A DNA stretch of 28,283 bases from a virus. Lineage: Duplodnaviria; Caudoviricetes. The notes beneath the pieces were generated by a model. That model was not told the DNA's origin. It was given only the letters and a program-made list of their open reading frames with translations, and did no database searches. Both the position numbers and the translations under genes were made by a program. The first letter of the stretch is position 1, and every line of letters starts with the position of its first letter. Location: IMG/VR virus record IMGVR_UViG_3300032295_001220, positions 1-28,283 of that record. One strand, given 5' to 3'. Shown in pieces: positions 1 to 9,101 of the stretch.

Positions 1-891
1 AACGAAGACATTTGCAACACCGCCATTGGTCGTTGCTCCCAATGGGAAGAAGTCCTTGATCACTCTGCGCTGTCCCTGACCCGCACCGCTGTCGATTGAC
101 AGAACCATTCCCGTGTAGAGGGTCTTGTCTGGATTGAGGATCGGTGAGGAAATCTGAATCGTGGTTGCACCCACGGGCACCGATGCCAAGACCAAGTTTG
201 CGCTTGAGGGCAGCAAGCAGGAGGCTGTCGTGACCCAATATGCTCTAGCCGCCTCGTCCAAGTAGGCGAATTCTATCTTTCCATTGACCGCCGCCTGTTG
301 AATGTTCCATTGCAGGGTTCGATCATCGTTAGTCCGCAAAGACTCAACGAACTCAATCGGCATGTAGCCAACCGCACCCGCCCGTGTCTTGGTTAGGAAC
401 TTTCTCTTAGATTCAGGAATGGAATATAGGAATTTCCATCTGTATCCGTCAGACAATTTTCGCACAACCGAGTCCGTGTGCGAGGGTGGGTTTAGTGAAG
501 GCGAACCGCCGTTGTTGTCGATGCAGACATATACCTTCTCCTCATCGACCAACGCATAGAAATTGGCTGGATTGACATCATCAAACAGATCAATGTTGTC
601 TCTGTAGGGTTGATATGCCGTACCCGCTGCCCAATCAACACGACGAACCACCAAAGAGACATCCGAACGATTTATTCTCTTTGCGGCGATCAGTCCTCGC
701 CAAAAGTTGGTTTCGTCTTCAACCGAGTCGATGGAAGCAACGGGAATGTCCGAGCCTGCGGTCGCACCCCATGGGGTTATCTTCCCGATGGTGAGAAAGA
801 AGTTCTCATCGGAGATATCGCTGTACTCATCAAGGAGCGTGTCGATGATGAATCGCTTGTGATTTTGGCGGAATGGGTCGCAGGATGCCAT
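1..891 (-). CDS. gp8: Baseplate wedge subunit gp8 (3' end runs off the window; absent from the ORF track)
   Basis: Manual translation from ATG at 891: MASCDPFRQNHKRF...AKRINRSDVSLVVRRVDWAAGTAYQPY...VYVCIDNNGGSPSLNPPSHT...DGYRWKFLYSI. The VYxCIDN and DGYxWKFLY motifs are typical of gp8; it follows gp6-gp7. Confidence 0.9.
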   Translation of the reverse strand, partial: MASCDPFRQNHKRFIIDTLLDEYSDISDENFFLTIGKITPWGATAGSDIPVASIDSVEDETNFWRGLIAAKRINRSDVSLVVRRVDWAAGTAYQPYRDNIDLFDDVNPANFYALVDEEKVYVCIDNNGGSPSLNPPSHTDSVVRKLSDGYRWKFLYSIPESKRKFLTKTRAGAVGYMPIEFVESLRTNDDRTLQWNIQQAAVNGKIEFAYLDEAARAYWVTTASCLLPSSANLVLASVPVGATTIQISSPILNPDKTLYTGMVLSIDSGAGQGQRRVIKDFFPLGATTNGGVANVFV

Positions 892-898
892 GGCTTGT

Positions 899-906
899 TA
901 TTTAGT
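899..906 (-). promoter_or_regulatory. T4-like late promoter box ACTAAATA
   Basis: Resembles the gp55-dependent TATAAATA box; 7 nt upstream of the gp8 ATG in a short intergenic gap. Confidence 0.7.
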
Positions 907-923
907 CGTTTAATCGGATGTCG

Positions 924-3900
924 CTAGACGCTCATCCCTGGCAGAGATCTTATGGTTCGATACAGTTCCAAGGTGTAATTGTTGTATCTCTTGGTCAGTT
1001 CTATCTTGAACTTCGGATCAGTCCATCCCGAGAACAACTGACCCTGACCGAACGGAGCCACTCCACCAAACAGAATTCGGATGTAGGAATCTCTCAGCGC
1101 ATCTTGATATTCCCTTGCCATTCTTACATTCTGTGCGTTGTATTCCTGCCACTCCTCTATCGTTCCCGAGAACCAAGATGCCCATTCGGGAATTCTCGTA
1201 GGAACCACATAGTTGGGATCACCTGGGATGGCTACAGTCTCCCAACACGGAAGTAGATTGACCGAATAATCGCTCTGTCCCCAAAACGATATTCCCGCCA
1301 AGTTTGGGTAATTCGACTTCATCTTCTGAACAAATTCAATCACATCTTCCTTCGGAATCAGGTTACCCGTGTTTGTGTAGTGGAAAACATTCTGACCAAC
1401 ATAGACTCTTGAGTAGATCGGAATGTGCTCGAAAGACGGGCCCTTGTTCAGTTTTGTGCGTATTCTCTCGACCGCATCGCAACCCGCCAACATCCACTCG
1501 TCTAGGGCTTCTCCATAAGTGTCGTAGTTGTACTGAACGCCTAGTGTTGGGCTAGAGTACATGGGATTGTTCGTCGGTGCCGCCAACCCATTGACAATAT
1601 CCTGTCTTCTTGGGGAGTAGTCATACACATGCTCGTTGGCGAAGTCGTGGGCTTCGAAGACCGATTGGAATTGCAACGCCGCCCAAGCGATTCTCGATTC
1701 CTTCTGCTCCACAGTAGTGTCCCACCACGCACCGTTCGGATCGTATGGCAAACCACCCTGATATCCCGCATAGAAAGGAATGTATGGATACCCAACCGTA
1801 GTCATCTTCACATTCGGGCCGAATATTGGCTTCAATCTGTTGATGAAGGTCTTGATTTGATTGGTTGCAAGGGTATTGCTTGGGCCTTGTGTGGTTGTGT
1901 CTCCTGTGAATCCTGAGGTGAGGAGTTCTTGTCCGTTGATTCTGTAATCCCACACACTTTCGTTCAAATTGAACGACACATACTTCTTCGTGGGGGAGTT
2001 TGGTTCGATTCCCAAAGAGAACAGGTGAGCAGCCAAAGCATCTTCATTGATGGAAACGGATGCGGGTGTCACACCATCATATGGCTGATAGGTCACAACG
2101 GGCACCACAGCACCACTAACAAATCCTGTTGCACCCTCTCCTATGAGATAGAGCCGCTCAGACACCTCATCAAATGCAGTTTGATATGCAGCATCGACTT
2201 GGGGATCTCCCGTTTTCGGCAAGCCATCGTAAAGAATTCTGAAGGTTTGTGGTTGTGTTTCGCCACCACCTCCTGTGACACCACCACCACTTCCACCTCC
2301 TGTTCCACTTCCTCCATCTCCTGTTACGCCACCACCACTTCCACCACCCGTTCCACCTCCTGTTACACCTCCACCACTTCCACCTCCCGTCACACCTATG
2401 TCAACCTGTGTTTCACCTAGAGGATCAGCCACATTTGGGGATCTTTCATCATCTGCCGTAACACTTGGGGATTCAATAACATTGAAAGCGAAGACAACTG
2501 AATCAGAAATTCCAACAGGCTGATCAGATGTGTCAACCAACTCGACTTTGATTGTGTGTATTCCTTGAGGGACATTGGAGTAGAGAACAGACCTTCCACC
2601 AAGATCCAAAAACCTCACGAATCTTGAATCGCTAGAATCCATGTTGACTTTGAATCTCGCACCACCAACCCTAGAAATGTTTTCCGCACCAAAGTTAAAC
2701 ACCGAAAATCTAACCGCTACTGAAGGATCTTGAAATTCATTAACCTTGTAAGACTGCCCATTCAGCGGGTTTGTGATCGAAATGATCGGTCTTGCGTAGT
2801 ATTCTCTCGACTCCGTTCTGCAATCGAACTCCTCGCCAATCGGCATCTCAAAGAATGATCGGGCGGTGATCTTTCTGAACGAAGAGGAATCGGTGTAGTT
2901 CAAAAACGCATACTTCTTCTCCAACGAAAGATCGTCGTAGAAGTCCGATGTCCAACCACCGACAGCACCTCCTGTGACGGAGCAATGTTCGTCCCAAGTG
3001 GCGAAATCCGAAAGTTGACTGCGCCAAATCTGAGCAATGACAGGGCCTTCGATCTTCCTGTTCGGGTGCTCGTAGACGATCCAAAATGGGTCTGCGTTCT
3101 TGAACCCGCTGAGACCCAAAGGAGCATATGCGGTCAACGATGGGGCTTGGAATCTGATCTGATTGCTGATCGGATTTCCCATGGTTGTCTGTTCGACTGG
3201 AATCGCAGGGAAAAATCCCGCAGTAATAAGACTGTTGTGGAATGTCGGATTGTATCCCGATGGGATGTTGATTCCCGCCGAACTTCCCGTTGCAGGAATG
3301 GAGAACCAATCCTGAAGGTTGTCGAATGTGTTGAATGTGTATGGGGCGTAATGACCGATCAGAGGCACTTCATATCGAATGAGTGCCGAAGAGTTCCGAA
3401 TGTCTTCCTTCGCACACCGCTTGATCAGAACCTGACCGAACATCGCCAATCCTGCGGGATGCACCAATCTGCGAAGTGCATCACGGTACTCATCGACAAC
3501 CACCTCGGTCTTCAAGACATACGAATAGTCCTGATAGTAGTGGTTGTCCTGCATCACCTTTCGGCTGCTGAGGAGACCATCGGAATTGATGTAGTATCCC
3601 TCCGCAACACAAACCGATGATATGTTCGATGTGCCTGAGAATCCCGATCCACCGATTGTCTCAATCGAAACAGTCGGTGCCGCTTGGTAGTTGATTCCGA
3701 AGTTGTCGATGCGAATCTTGCGAATCGATCCTCCGCTTGTGACCAAGGAGACCGTTCCGACCGCACCCTCTCCGCTGTCACCCGCAGCGGATGTGAAAAC
3801 CACCTTGTCACCCACGGAATAGCCCGAACCACCATCGGAAATAGTGACCGAACCAGCCACGCTGTAGACCCTCAGTTCACGGAGAGTTTCCCCATCAACA

Positions 3901-4553
3901 TCGAACTGAATGCCACGGCTCCCTGGTGTGAATGTTCCGTTTCGACCCGTCAGAATCAGTTCAGCGACCTCATACGGGCCTTGCTGATAGATCGTGACAT
4001 CGGTGACCTTTCCCGACGAGGTAATCTTTCCCTCGGAGTTTCTCTGATAGACAATACGACCGACAGATTCAAAGATTCTGTCTCCCAACGAATTGGAGAC
4101 CTTGATCGACACCTTCTCATACCACTTGCCGTCTGAGACCCGAAGAATGTCCTTCTTGGGATAGTAGAACTCGACCGCCGTATCGTAGAGAATCCTGAAG
4201 AGGAACTCATACGACTTCTCGGTTCCCTTGGCACGATAGAACGACTTGATGTTCTTCATCAACTTACGGACATCGACGGGATTTCCCGTTTCCCTCGCTA
4301 TCGCAAGTTGCTCAGGAAAGTCTAGGAGATACTCCTTCTTGAAGTGGGAGATGAAGTCATCCATGCTCCCATCAATGTCGATCACATCTTGTAGAGCCAT
4401 AGGGCTCAACACCTTGCCCTCACGATCCTTCAATTGCAGCCACTCGTAGTACGCCTCAAGGAATGCAACCAATGTGGGATGATCGACCCGAACGAATTCG
4501 GGAAGTCTTCCTGAGACCAAACTTGAGATCTGCTTGAACGATTCGTTTTCCAT
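924..4553 (-). CDS. gp7: Baseplate wedge initiator gp7-like protein with C-terminal Ig-like domain, Gly-rich linker and putative glycoside-hydrolase-like barrel
   Basis: N-terminal LPEFVRVDHPTLVAFLEAYYEWL, FYRAKGTEKSYEFLFRILY and QDNHYYQDYSYVLK...LVHPAG motifs of cyanophage-type gp7; lies between gp6 and gp8. Confidence 0.8.
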   Translation of the reverse strand: MENESFKQISSLVSGRLPEFVRVDHPTLVAFLEAYYEWLQLKDREGKVLSPMALQDVIDIDGSMDDFISHFKKEYLLDFPEQLAIARETGNPVDVRKLMKNIKSFYRAKGTEKSYEFLFRILYDTAVEFYYPKKDILRVSDGKWYEKVSIKVSNSLGDRIFESVGRIVYQRNSEGKITSSGKVTDVTIYQQGPYEVAELILTGRNGTFTPGSRGIQFDVDGETLRELRVYSVAGSVTISDGGSGYSVGDKVVFTSAAGDSGEGAVGTVSLVTSGGSIRKIRIDNFGINYQAAPTVSIETIGGSGFSGTSNISSVCVAEGYYINSDGLLSSRKVMQDNHYYQDYSYVLKTEVVVDEYRDALRRLVHPAGLAMFGQVLIKRCAKEDIRNSSALIRYEVPLIGHYAPYTFNTFDNLQDWFSIPATGSSAGINIPSGYNPTFHNSLITAGFFPAIPVEQTTMGNPISNQIRFQAPSLTAYAPLGLSGFKNADPFWIVYEHPNRKIEGPVIAQIWRSQLSDFATWDEHCSVTGGAVGGWTSDFYDDLSLEKKYAFLNYTDSSSFRKITARSFFEMPIGEEFDCRTESREYYARPIISITNPLNGQSYKVNEFQDPSVAVRFSVFNFGAENISRVGGARFKVNMDSSDSRFVRFLDLGGRSVLYSNVPQGIHTIKVELVDTSDQPVGISDSVVFAFNVIESPSVTADDERSPNVADPLGETQVDIGVTGGGSGGGVTGGGTGGGSGGGVTGDGGSGTGGGSGGGVTGGGGETQPQTFRILYDGLPKTGDPQVDAAYQTAFDEVSERLYLIGEGATGFVSGAVVPVVTYQPYDGVTPASVSINEDALAAHLFSLGIEPNSPTKKYVSFNLNESVWDYRINGQELLTSGFTGDTTTQGPSNTLATNQIKTFINRLKPIFGPNVKMTTVGYPYIPFYAGYQGGLPYDPNGAWWDTTVEQKESRIAWAALQFQSVFEAHDFANEHVYDYSPRRQDIVNGLAAPTNNPMYSSPTLGVQYNYDTYGEALDEWMLAGCDAVERIRTKLNKGPSFEHIPIYSRVYVGQNVFHYTNTGNLIPKEDVIEFVQKMKSNYPNLAGISFWGQSDYSVNLLPCWETVAIPGDPNYVVPTRIPEWASWFSGTIEEWQEYNAQNVRMAREYQDALRDSYIRILFGGVAPFGQGQLFSGWTDPKFKIELTKRYNNYTLELYRTIRSLPGMSV
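2262..2397 (-). repeat. Gly-rich tandem repeat (GVTGGG/GGGSGGG units) inside gp7
   Basis: Repeated ccaccac/ccacttccacc/cctgttac units encoding GVTGGGSGGGVTGGGTGGGSGGGVTGDGGSGTGGGSGGGVTGGGG. Confidence 0.9.
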
Positions 4554-4560
4554 GACCTAA

Positions 4561-4568
4561 TACTTATG
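4561..4568 (-). promoter_or_regulatory. Late promoter-like box CATAAGTA
   Basis: Overlaps the gp6 stop codon, 7 nt upstream of the gp7 ATG; same geometry as the gp8 box. Confidence 0.5.
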
Positions 4569-6486
4569 TCCTGTATGGGAATCCGCTGTCACTTGCATTT
4601 CTGTCGATGACCGTCTTCTCCTGAATCATGTTGACATCGATCTCATTCGGATTGATGACCAAGACCTGATTGCGGCGAACGAAGATGTCGCCTCGGTCGG
4701 GCTTCACCGTGATCTTGATCTCAACCGAACCATCGGGGATGCCGATGGGCGAGAACGCCTTGATTTCCACGATTCCTGTTTCATAATTTACGGTTCCTGC
4801 CTTTCGGCTCAGATAGATTCTCTCCTCACCGATTCTCTTGTAGATTCTGAGGTTTCCATACCCATCATCGTCAAGATATGCGGCGACCGTTGGCTTGTTG
4901 ACATCGGATGAGGTCAGGTCACGATAGAAGAACGAGGACGAATCCAAGATCGACGGATAGCCGTCCACGGGGTGGAAGAGTTTGTTGTCGAACTTGATGG
5001 TGTACGGAAGGGTTCTTTCGAACTGCGGTTCAATCCTCTTCTCCAAGAGAATCGTCACGCTGCTACTGTTGATGGCAGGATCCAAGGAATCGATGTATGA
5101 ACTGAACTTCGATTGGCGGAAGTTCTTTCCGAATTGGTCGAGATTGGTGTCGCTGAACTCAATGACCTTCGTCCGCACCCCCGTAGCCAAGACATCCGCC
5201 GTGGCGGTTGTGGCTCTCGGATCATAGTAGACGCTGATCTCGGTGTTGATGTAGGTCACATCGGGGTCAACCACCTCGGGAACCACGGTAACGAGGTTTC
5301 GCTGACCAAGGATCGTGTTGGCAATCGACTGCTTCTCGGTGATCGACAGTTTTGCGGAGTTCTTCGGCTTGATGGAGATGAACACCTTGCCGTACTGAGG
5401 AGGATCGTTTTCCTCGCCACCCCAAACCAAGAACGACTCGGAACGAAGCGAATATTCACGGGCGAGGAGGGCGAGGTAGTCCTCGGCAGTAACCGCTCTG
5501 TCCTGTGCCTGATAGTTTCTCGGTGCGTAGTACTTGATCGAATCCACAGTCTCGGGCTCGGCACCACCGAACGATCCCTGAGGGGCACCACGGTCGTTCT
5601 GAACCACACGAATCTTGTATTCGGGATTGCTGCTCGTAAAGGTCGGAGATGTCGCAGTATCCGTGTTTCCGATGCCGTTTCCGTCGATGCCGTTCGTGCT
5701 CAGGTAGACCATGGAAATGAGGTTTCCGTTCTCCACAGCCTTTCCGACGATTCCGTCACCGAAGTAGATCTCCCACTTTCCGTTCTCCGACTCCTGCACG
5801 AAGAAGACCGTGGAGTCACCGTTCAGGGTGTTGATGTCCGTTGCACGAATCCACAGGTCGCTGATTCCCTGCGTATCCGTGACCGATCTCTGAACACGGA
5901 GAGTCAATGTGTCGATGTCGATGTTGGTGTCATCGATGATGAACTTCTGTAGGGAGTCCTTCGTGTTCACGACGAAAGAAGCGGTCTTGAGCGATCCCTC
6001 GTTCAGCGTGACATTCGTTGCTAGGAATCTGCTGCCAACGACACGGAACTTGTTGTTGTCAAGGGCGACGAACGAAACGCTCTTTCCGTTTGCGTTTCTC
6101 GCCGTGAATGTCGTTCCTGCGCTGATGTATTCCTTTCCACCCGAAACCGATGTGAGTGCAGGCTCGCTTCTTGTGCTTGAGATCGGAACCAACTCGACAT
6201 TCACGACAACCCGAGCCGACTTCTTCGACCTCGGTCGATAGTCCAACTGCTTTGCCAACGACACGACCGAATTTCGGGCGACAGCGGAGTCAAGAAACGC
6301 CTCGTTGGCGATCATGTTCGCATAGAAAGCCTGATAGTGCGTGTTGTACGACAGGAGATCCAACAAGATATTCATTGTTGAACCTTCGAAGTCATAGTCC
6401 TTGAACTGCTCTTGCCCACGCAAGTAGTCCTTCAGGCTCTGCTTGATTTGGTCGAAATCCAACTCACGAACGGGTGTATTTGCCAT
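4564..6486 (-). CDS. gp6: Baseplate wedge subunit gp6
   Basis: ELDFDQIKQSLKDYL...DYDFEGS...LLDLLSYNTHY, NEAFLDSA, YFGDGIVGK and QDRAVTAEDY motifs; 640 aa. Confidence 0.95.
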   Translation of the reverse strand: MANTPVRELDFDQIKQSLKDYLRGQEQFKDYDFEGSTMNILLDLLSYNTHYQAFYANMIANEAFLDSAVARNSVVSLAKQLDYRPRSKKSARVVVNVELVPISSTRSEPALTSVSGGKEYISAGTTFTARNANGKSVSFVALDNNKFRVVGSRFLATNVTLNEGSLKTASFVVNTKDSLQKFIIDDTNIDIDTLTLRVQRSVTDTQGISDLWIRATDINTLNGDSTVFFVQESENGKWEIYFGDGIVGKAVENGNLISMVYLSTNGIDGNGIGNTDTATSPTFTSSNPEYKIRVVQNDRGAPQGSFGGAEPETVDSIKYYAPRNYQAQDRAVTAEDYLALLAREYSLRSESFLVWGGEENDPPQYGKVFISIKPKNSAKLSITEKQSIANTILGQRNLVTVVPEVVDPDVTYINTEISVYYDPRATTATADVLATGVRTKVIEFSDTNLDQFGKNFRQSKFSSYIDSLDPAINSSSVTILLEKRIEPQFERTLPYTIKFDNKLFHPVDGYPSILDSSSFFYRDLTSSDVNKPTVAAYLDDDGYGNLRIYKRIGEERIYLSRKAGTVNYETGIVEIKAFSPIGIPDGSVEIKITVKPDRGDIFVRRNQVLVINPNEIDVNMIQEKTVIDRNASDSGFPYRT

Positions 6487-6878
6487 TAGCGTGTCCTTTG
6501 CAGGGTTAGGTCAGCGGTGAATACCTGAGACACATTCTTGATCGTGTAGAGGATCTTCACGGTCACATAGTTTCTGTCGAGGTTGTATTCCATGTCGATT
6601 TTGACTTGGGATACCCTTGGTTCGAACCTGACGATGGTCTGCCGTATTCTTCGCTTTATCTCCTCCATGAGGATCGGATTTGCATTCTCAAACAGCAAGT
6701 CCGTCACTCCCGAATTTATCTCGGGATGAAAAGGCTTCTCGTTCGACTTGAGCAGGATGAGGTTCTTGAGGGCACGACGAACAGCCGCCTCACCCGTCTT
6801 CAGGGTGACATCGTTGGTGAAGAGATTTCTCTCAAAGTTGATGTCTAGGTCTGCTGAGTTGCCGTTGAACTGCGACAT
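6486..6878 (-). CDS. gp25: Baseplate wedge subunit gp25
   Basis: AVRRALKNLILLKSNEKPFHPEINSGVTDLLFE...FEPRV motif; 130 aa; TAATG overlap with gp6. Confidence 0.92.
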   Translation of the reverse strand: MSQFNGNSADLDINFERNLFTNDVTLKTGEAAVRRALKNLILLKSNEKPFHPEINSGVTDLLFENANPILMEEIKRRIRQTIVRFEPRVSQVKIDMEYNLDRNYVTVKILYTIKNVSQVFTADLTLQRTR

Positions 6879-6879
6879 T

Positions 6880-7497
6880 TCATTTCCTCAAGAGTAGTTC
6901 CACTTCGATGGTGGATCGGTATTCCCTGACAGTTTCCTCAACTCTTTCCATCTCTTCTGGGATCTTGTCCAAGTCGCACCACTCAACCATTATGAATCCC
7001 GTGATCAGATCGTGCTTCTTGATAGGAAGAACCATGAAAGCATCGATTCCGTGCGACTTGTTGTACGACCTGAAGTGTCCTTCGGGAAGATCACGGGTCA
7101 TCAGAAGAGATGTCTCGTTCTTCTTGACGAACGAAATCAGATCCCAAAGAATGGTGACCACGATGTTCTGAAGATTGGATCCCTCAAACGGGACTCCTGC
7201 GTCACACGATTCGTGTGTGATCGAAAACCGCTTCATCGGGCTTCCGTCGAGGAACTTCCCTCCATTATGAAACTGCCCAATCTTGACTCGGTCTGCGTTC
7301 GTTCTCACACGAAGAGCAACTAGCGAGTCGTTGATGATGTTTTGCTGCTGTTGGAACTTGGGAGAGATCTCGGCATCCTTCTTCTCCTCTTCCTTCACTT
7401 TCTTATGCGTGAAGAATGCGCCACCCAAAACACCACCAACAGCCGCAGTCAGAGTCATGGCGAATTCGAACCAAAATGATAGATTACCCATGTCCAT
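6880..7497 (-). CDS. Protein with N-terminal transmembrane helix and GAF-like domain (holin T-like candidate)
   Basis: Hydrophobic FWFEFAMTLTAAVGGVLGGAFF then basic KKVK; ADRVKIGQFHNGG...GIDAFMVLPIKKHDLITGFIMVEW resembles a GAF-fold pattern. Confidence 0.55.
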   Translation of the reverse strand: MDMGNLSFWFEFAMTLTAAVGGVLGGAFFTHKKVKEEEKKDAEISPKFQQQQNIINDSLVALRVRTNADRVKIGQFHNGGKFLDGSPMKRFSITHESCDAGVPFEGSNLQNIVVTILWDLISFVKKNETSLLMTRDLPEGHFRSYNKSHGIDAFMVLPIKKHDLITGFIMVEWCDLDKIPEEMERVEETVREYRSTIEVELLLRK

Positions 7498-7500
7498 TGC

Positions 7501-7794
7501 TTACCCCCCACAGTAGACATTCGTTGAGCCTGTAGCAGCGGCGGATCCACACTTCACAGGATCGCCAATTCGCACCGCTGGTCTGCTATTGACAAAGACA
7601 CTAGAAGACCCCTCTGCCGTCACGCTTGTGTGGCAACGGCACTTGGAGCAGCAGCAATGACGCTGCCAACCATCACCCTTGCGGTGCCAACCCCGACTAT
7701 TCACCTTCACATTCGAAGATGCCGACCTGTTTGGTCTCGGTGGATAGCAAGCGTGTCCTGAGCAGATGTCTCTTAGTCTATGAACAGCAGGCAT
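7501..7794 (-). CDS. gp5.4: PAAR-repeat spike-tip protein (gp5.4-like)
   Basis: MPAVHRLRDICSGH...GSSSVFVNSRPAVRIGDPVKCGSAAATGSTNVYCGG; 97 aa; AAGGAG SD upstream. Confidence 0.92.
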   Translation of the reverse strand: MPAVHRLRDICSGHACYPPRPNRSASSNVKVNSRGWHRKGDGWQRHCCCSKCRCHTSVTAEGSSSVFVNSRPAVRIGDPVKCGSAAATGSTNVYCGG

Positions 7795-7803
7795 TATTTC
7801 TCC

Positions 7804-8481
7804 TTATTCGCACCCTGGTCCAGGGTAGTAGCCTTTCCGTTTCATACCTTTTACAAACTCCTCGTTGGACACGGGTTTCTGATCAAGGTAGAACTGATTC
7901 TCGATATTTAGGATGAACTTATCCCTCCTAGAACTCCAATTGGTTTGTATGTTCATGGTCATCTCGGTATCGTTATACATTGCAGTATTCCCCGAATCGA
8001 ACGCTCGGACGATGAACTTGGCGGCAAGCCCGCTCTTCGCATACTTGGCGTAGTTCGTTTCATCGAACTTGAAGTTTGGTGGCACCCCCAACTTTTCGGG
8101 TGCGATCTTCTCAATCTCGTCTATCAAGCCCATCATGTATCCTGTGTCGATGTCGAGATAGAGGCTCGGAGGGAACTCGCCGCCGACAACTGCGTACTTA
8201 ATCGTGCCAATCCCACCCTGACAACAAGACGAATTGATTCCATTCGCACCCGCAGGAGGGGTATATGTGCCGTTCCTTGCGCTCTCGCTGCACTCCATGT
8301 AGTCCGCACGGATATACATTTCAATGCATTTGTTTGTGCCGACTTTCTGAAATTCGAAGATTCGACCTGGGAAGGTCTCTCGCTCGGAAGTCCAAACGAA
8401 AGAGCAATCAGATCCTGTCGCACCAAAGCCACCAGGATAGTAGTGCTTGATCGGAAACGCACCACTATGGGTCATCGGCAT
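7804..8481 (-). CDS. Hypothetical virion protein with a putative Ig-like motif
   Basis: Tightly packed in the operon; YAVVGGEFPPSLYLDIDTGYMMG resembles the GxLPxGLxLDxxTGxIxG putative-Ig motif. Confidence 0.6.
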   Translation of the reverse strand: MPMTHSGAFPIKHYYPGGFGATGSDCSFVWTSERETFPGRIFEFQKVGTNKCIEMYIRADYMECSESARNGTYTPPAGANGINSSCCQGGIGTIKYAVVGGEFPPSLYLDIDTGYMMGLIDEIEKIAPEKLGVPPNFKFDETNYAKYAKSGLAAKFIVRAFDSGNTAMYNDTEMTMNIQTNWSSRRDKFILNIENQFYLDQKPVSNEEFVKGMKRKGYYPGPGCE

Positions 8482-8483
8482 GG

Positions 8484-9098
8484 TTAGAATTCCCCACCGT
8501 CTATGGTGTCAAGCGGAGCAGGGAATTCGAATTCCTCAATCTGCACGATCTCCGTGTCGGGTGTTGAGAGATCCACCGTGGTCGAAAGAATCTGCTGTAG
8601 CCTCTGCTGAGACTCGGGAACTCCCACAAGTTTTGTACCCAATTCATAAGAGGCTCCGACATCTCCCGTTGTCCCCGCATTCGCAACCACCACGGAGTTC
8701 TGTAGCAGAACAGCACGCTCATCGACAGAAAGCGGCGAGGTCGGTTGAGTTTCCGTGGTAGGTGTGGGTGCTGTCCCGATGTTTCCGCCGAAAGCATTCG
8801 TATCCACCTCCTCGGGAATGGGAGCACCGAATGCGATCTCTTCCTTCGACCCTTGACTTGGAAACACCTCCAACGCCTCTTCGTCAATCAGGTCGATGTT
8901 CTCCAACAACTCGTCGTTTCTGAGAGCATCGTCATATGTCGAAGGAACGCTGACTTCAGGTGTCTCAGCGAGGCTCAACAACTCTGAGTCATCGATCTTC
9001 AGCGTTTCGGGAACTGAAATACCGTCGATGCTAGGCTGAGAGGGTGCAGCATCCTTTGACTTTGGGTTTGGCTTCTTGTATGGGGATGGGCCCAGCAT
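8484..9098 (-). CDS. Hypothetical acidic, low-complexity protein ending IDGGEF
   Basis: Fills the gap between gp5 and the next gene with 2-3 nt spacers; rich in E/D/P/S/T. Confidence 0.7.
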   Translation of the reverse strand: MLGPSPYKKPNPKSKDAAPSQPSIDGISVPETLKIDDSELLSLAETPEVSVPSTYDDALRNDELLENIDLIDEEALEVFPSQGSKEEIAFGAPIPEEVDTNAFGGNIGTAPTPTTETQPTSPLSVDERAVLLQNSVVVANAGTTGDVGASYELGTKLVGVPESQQRLQQILSTTVDLSTPDTEIVQIEEFEFPAPLDTIDGGEF

Positions 9099-9101
9099 TT
9101 A

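Noticed and set aside
2275-2523. Pro-rich plus-strand ORF
   Set aside because: It is the antisense reading of the Gly linker of gp7.
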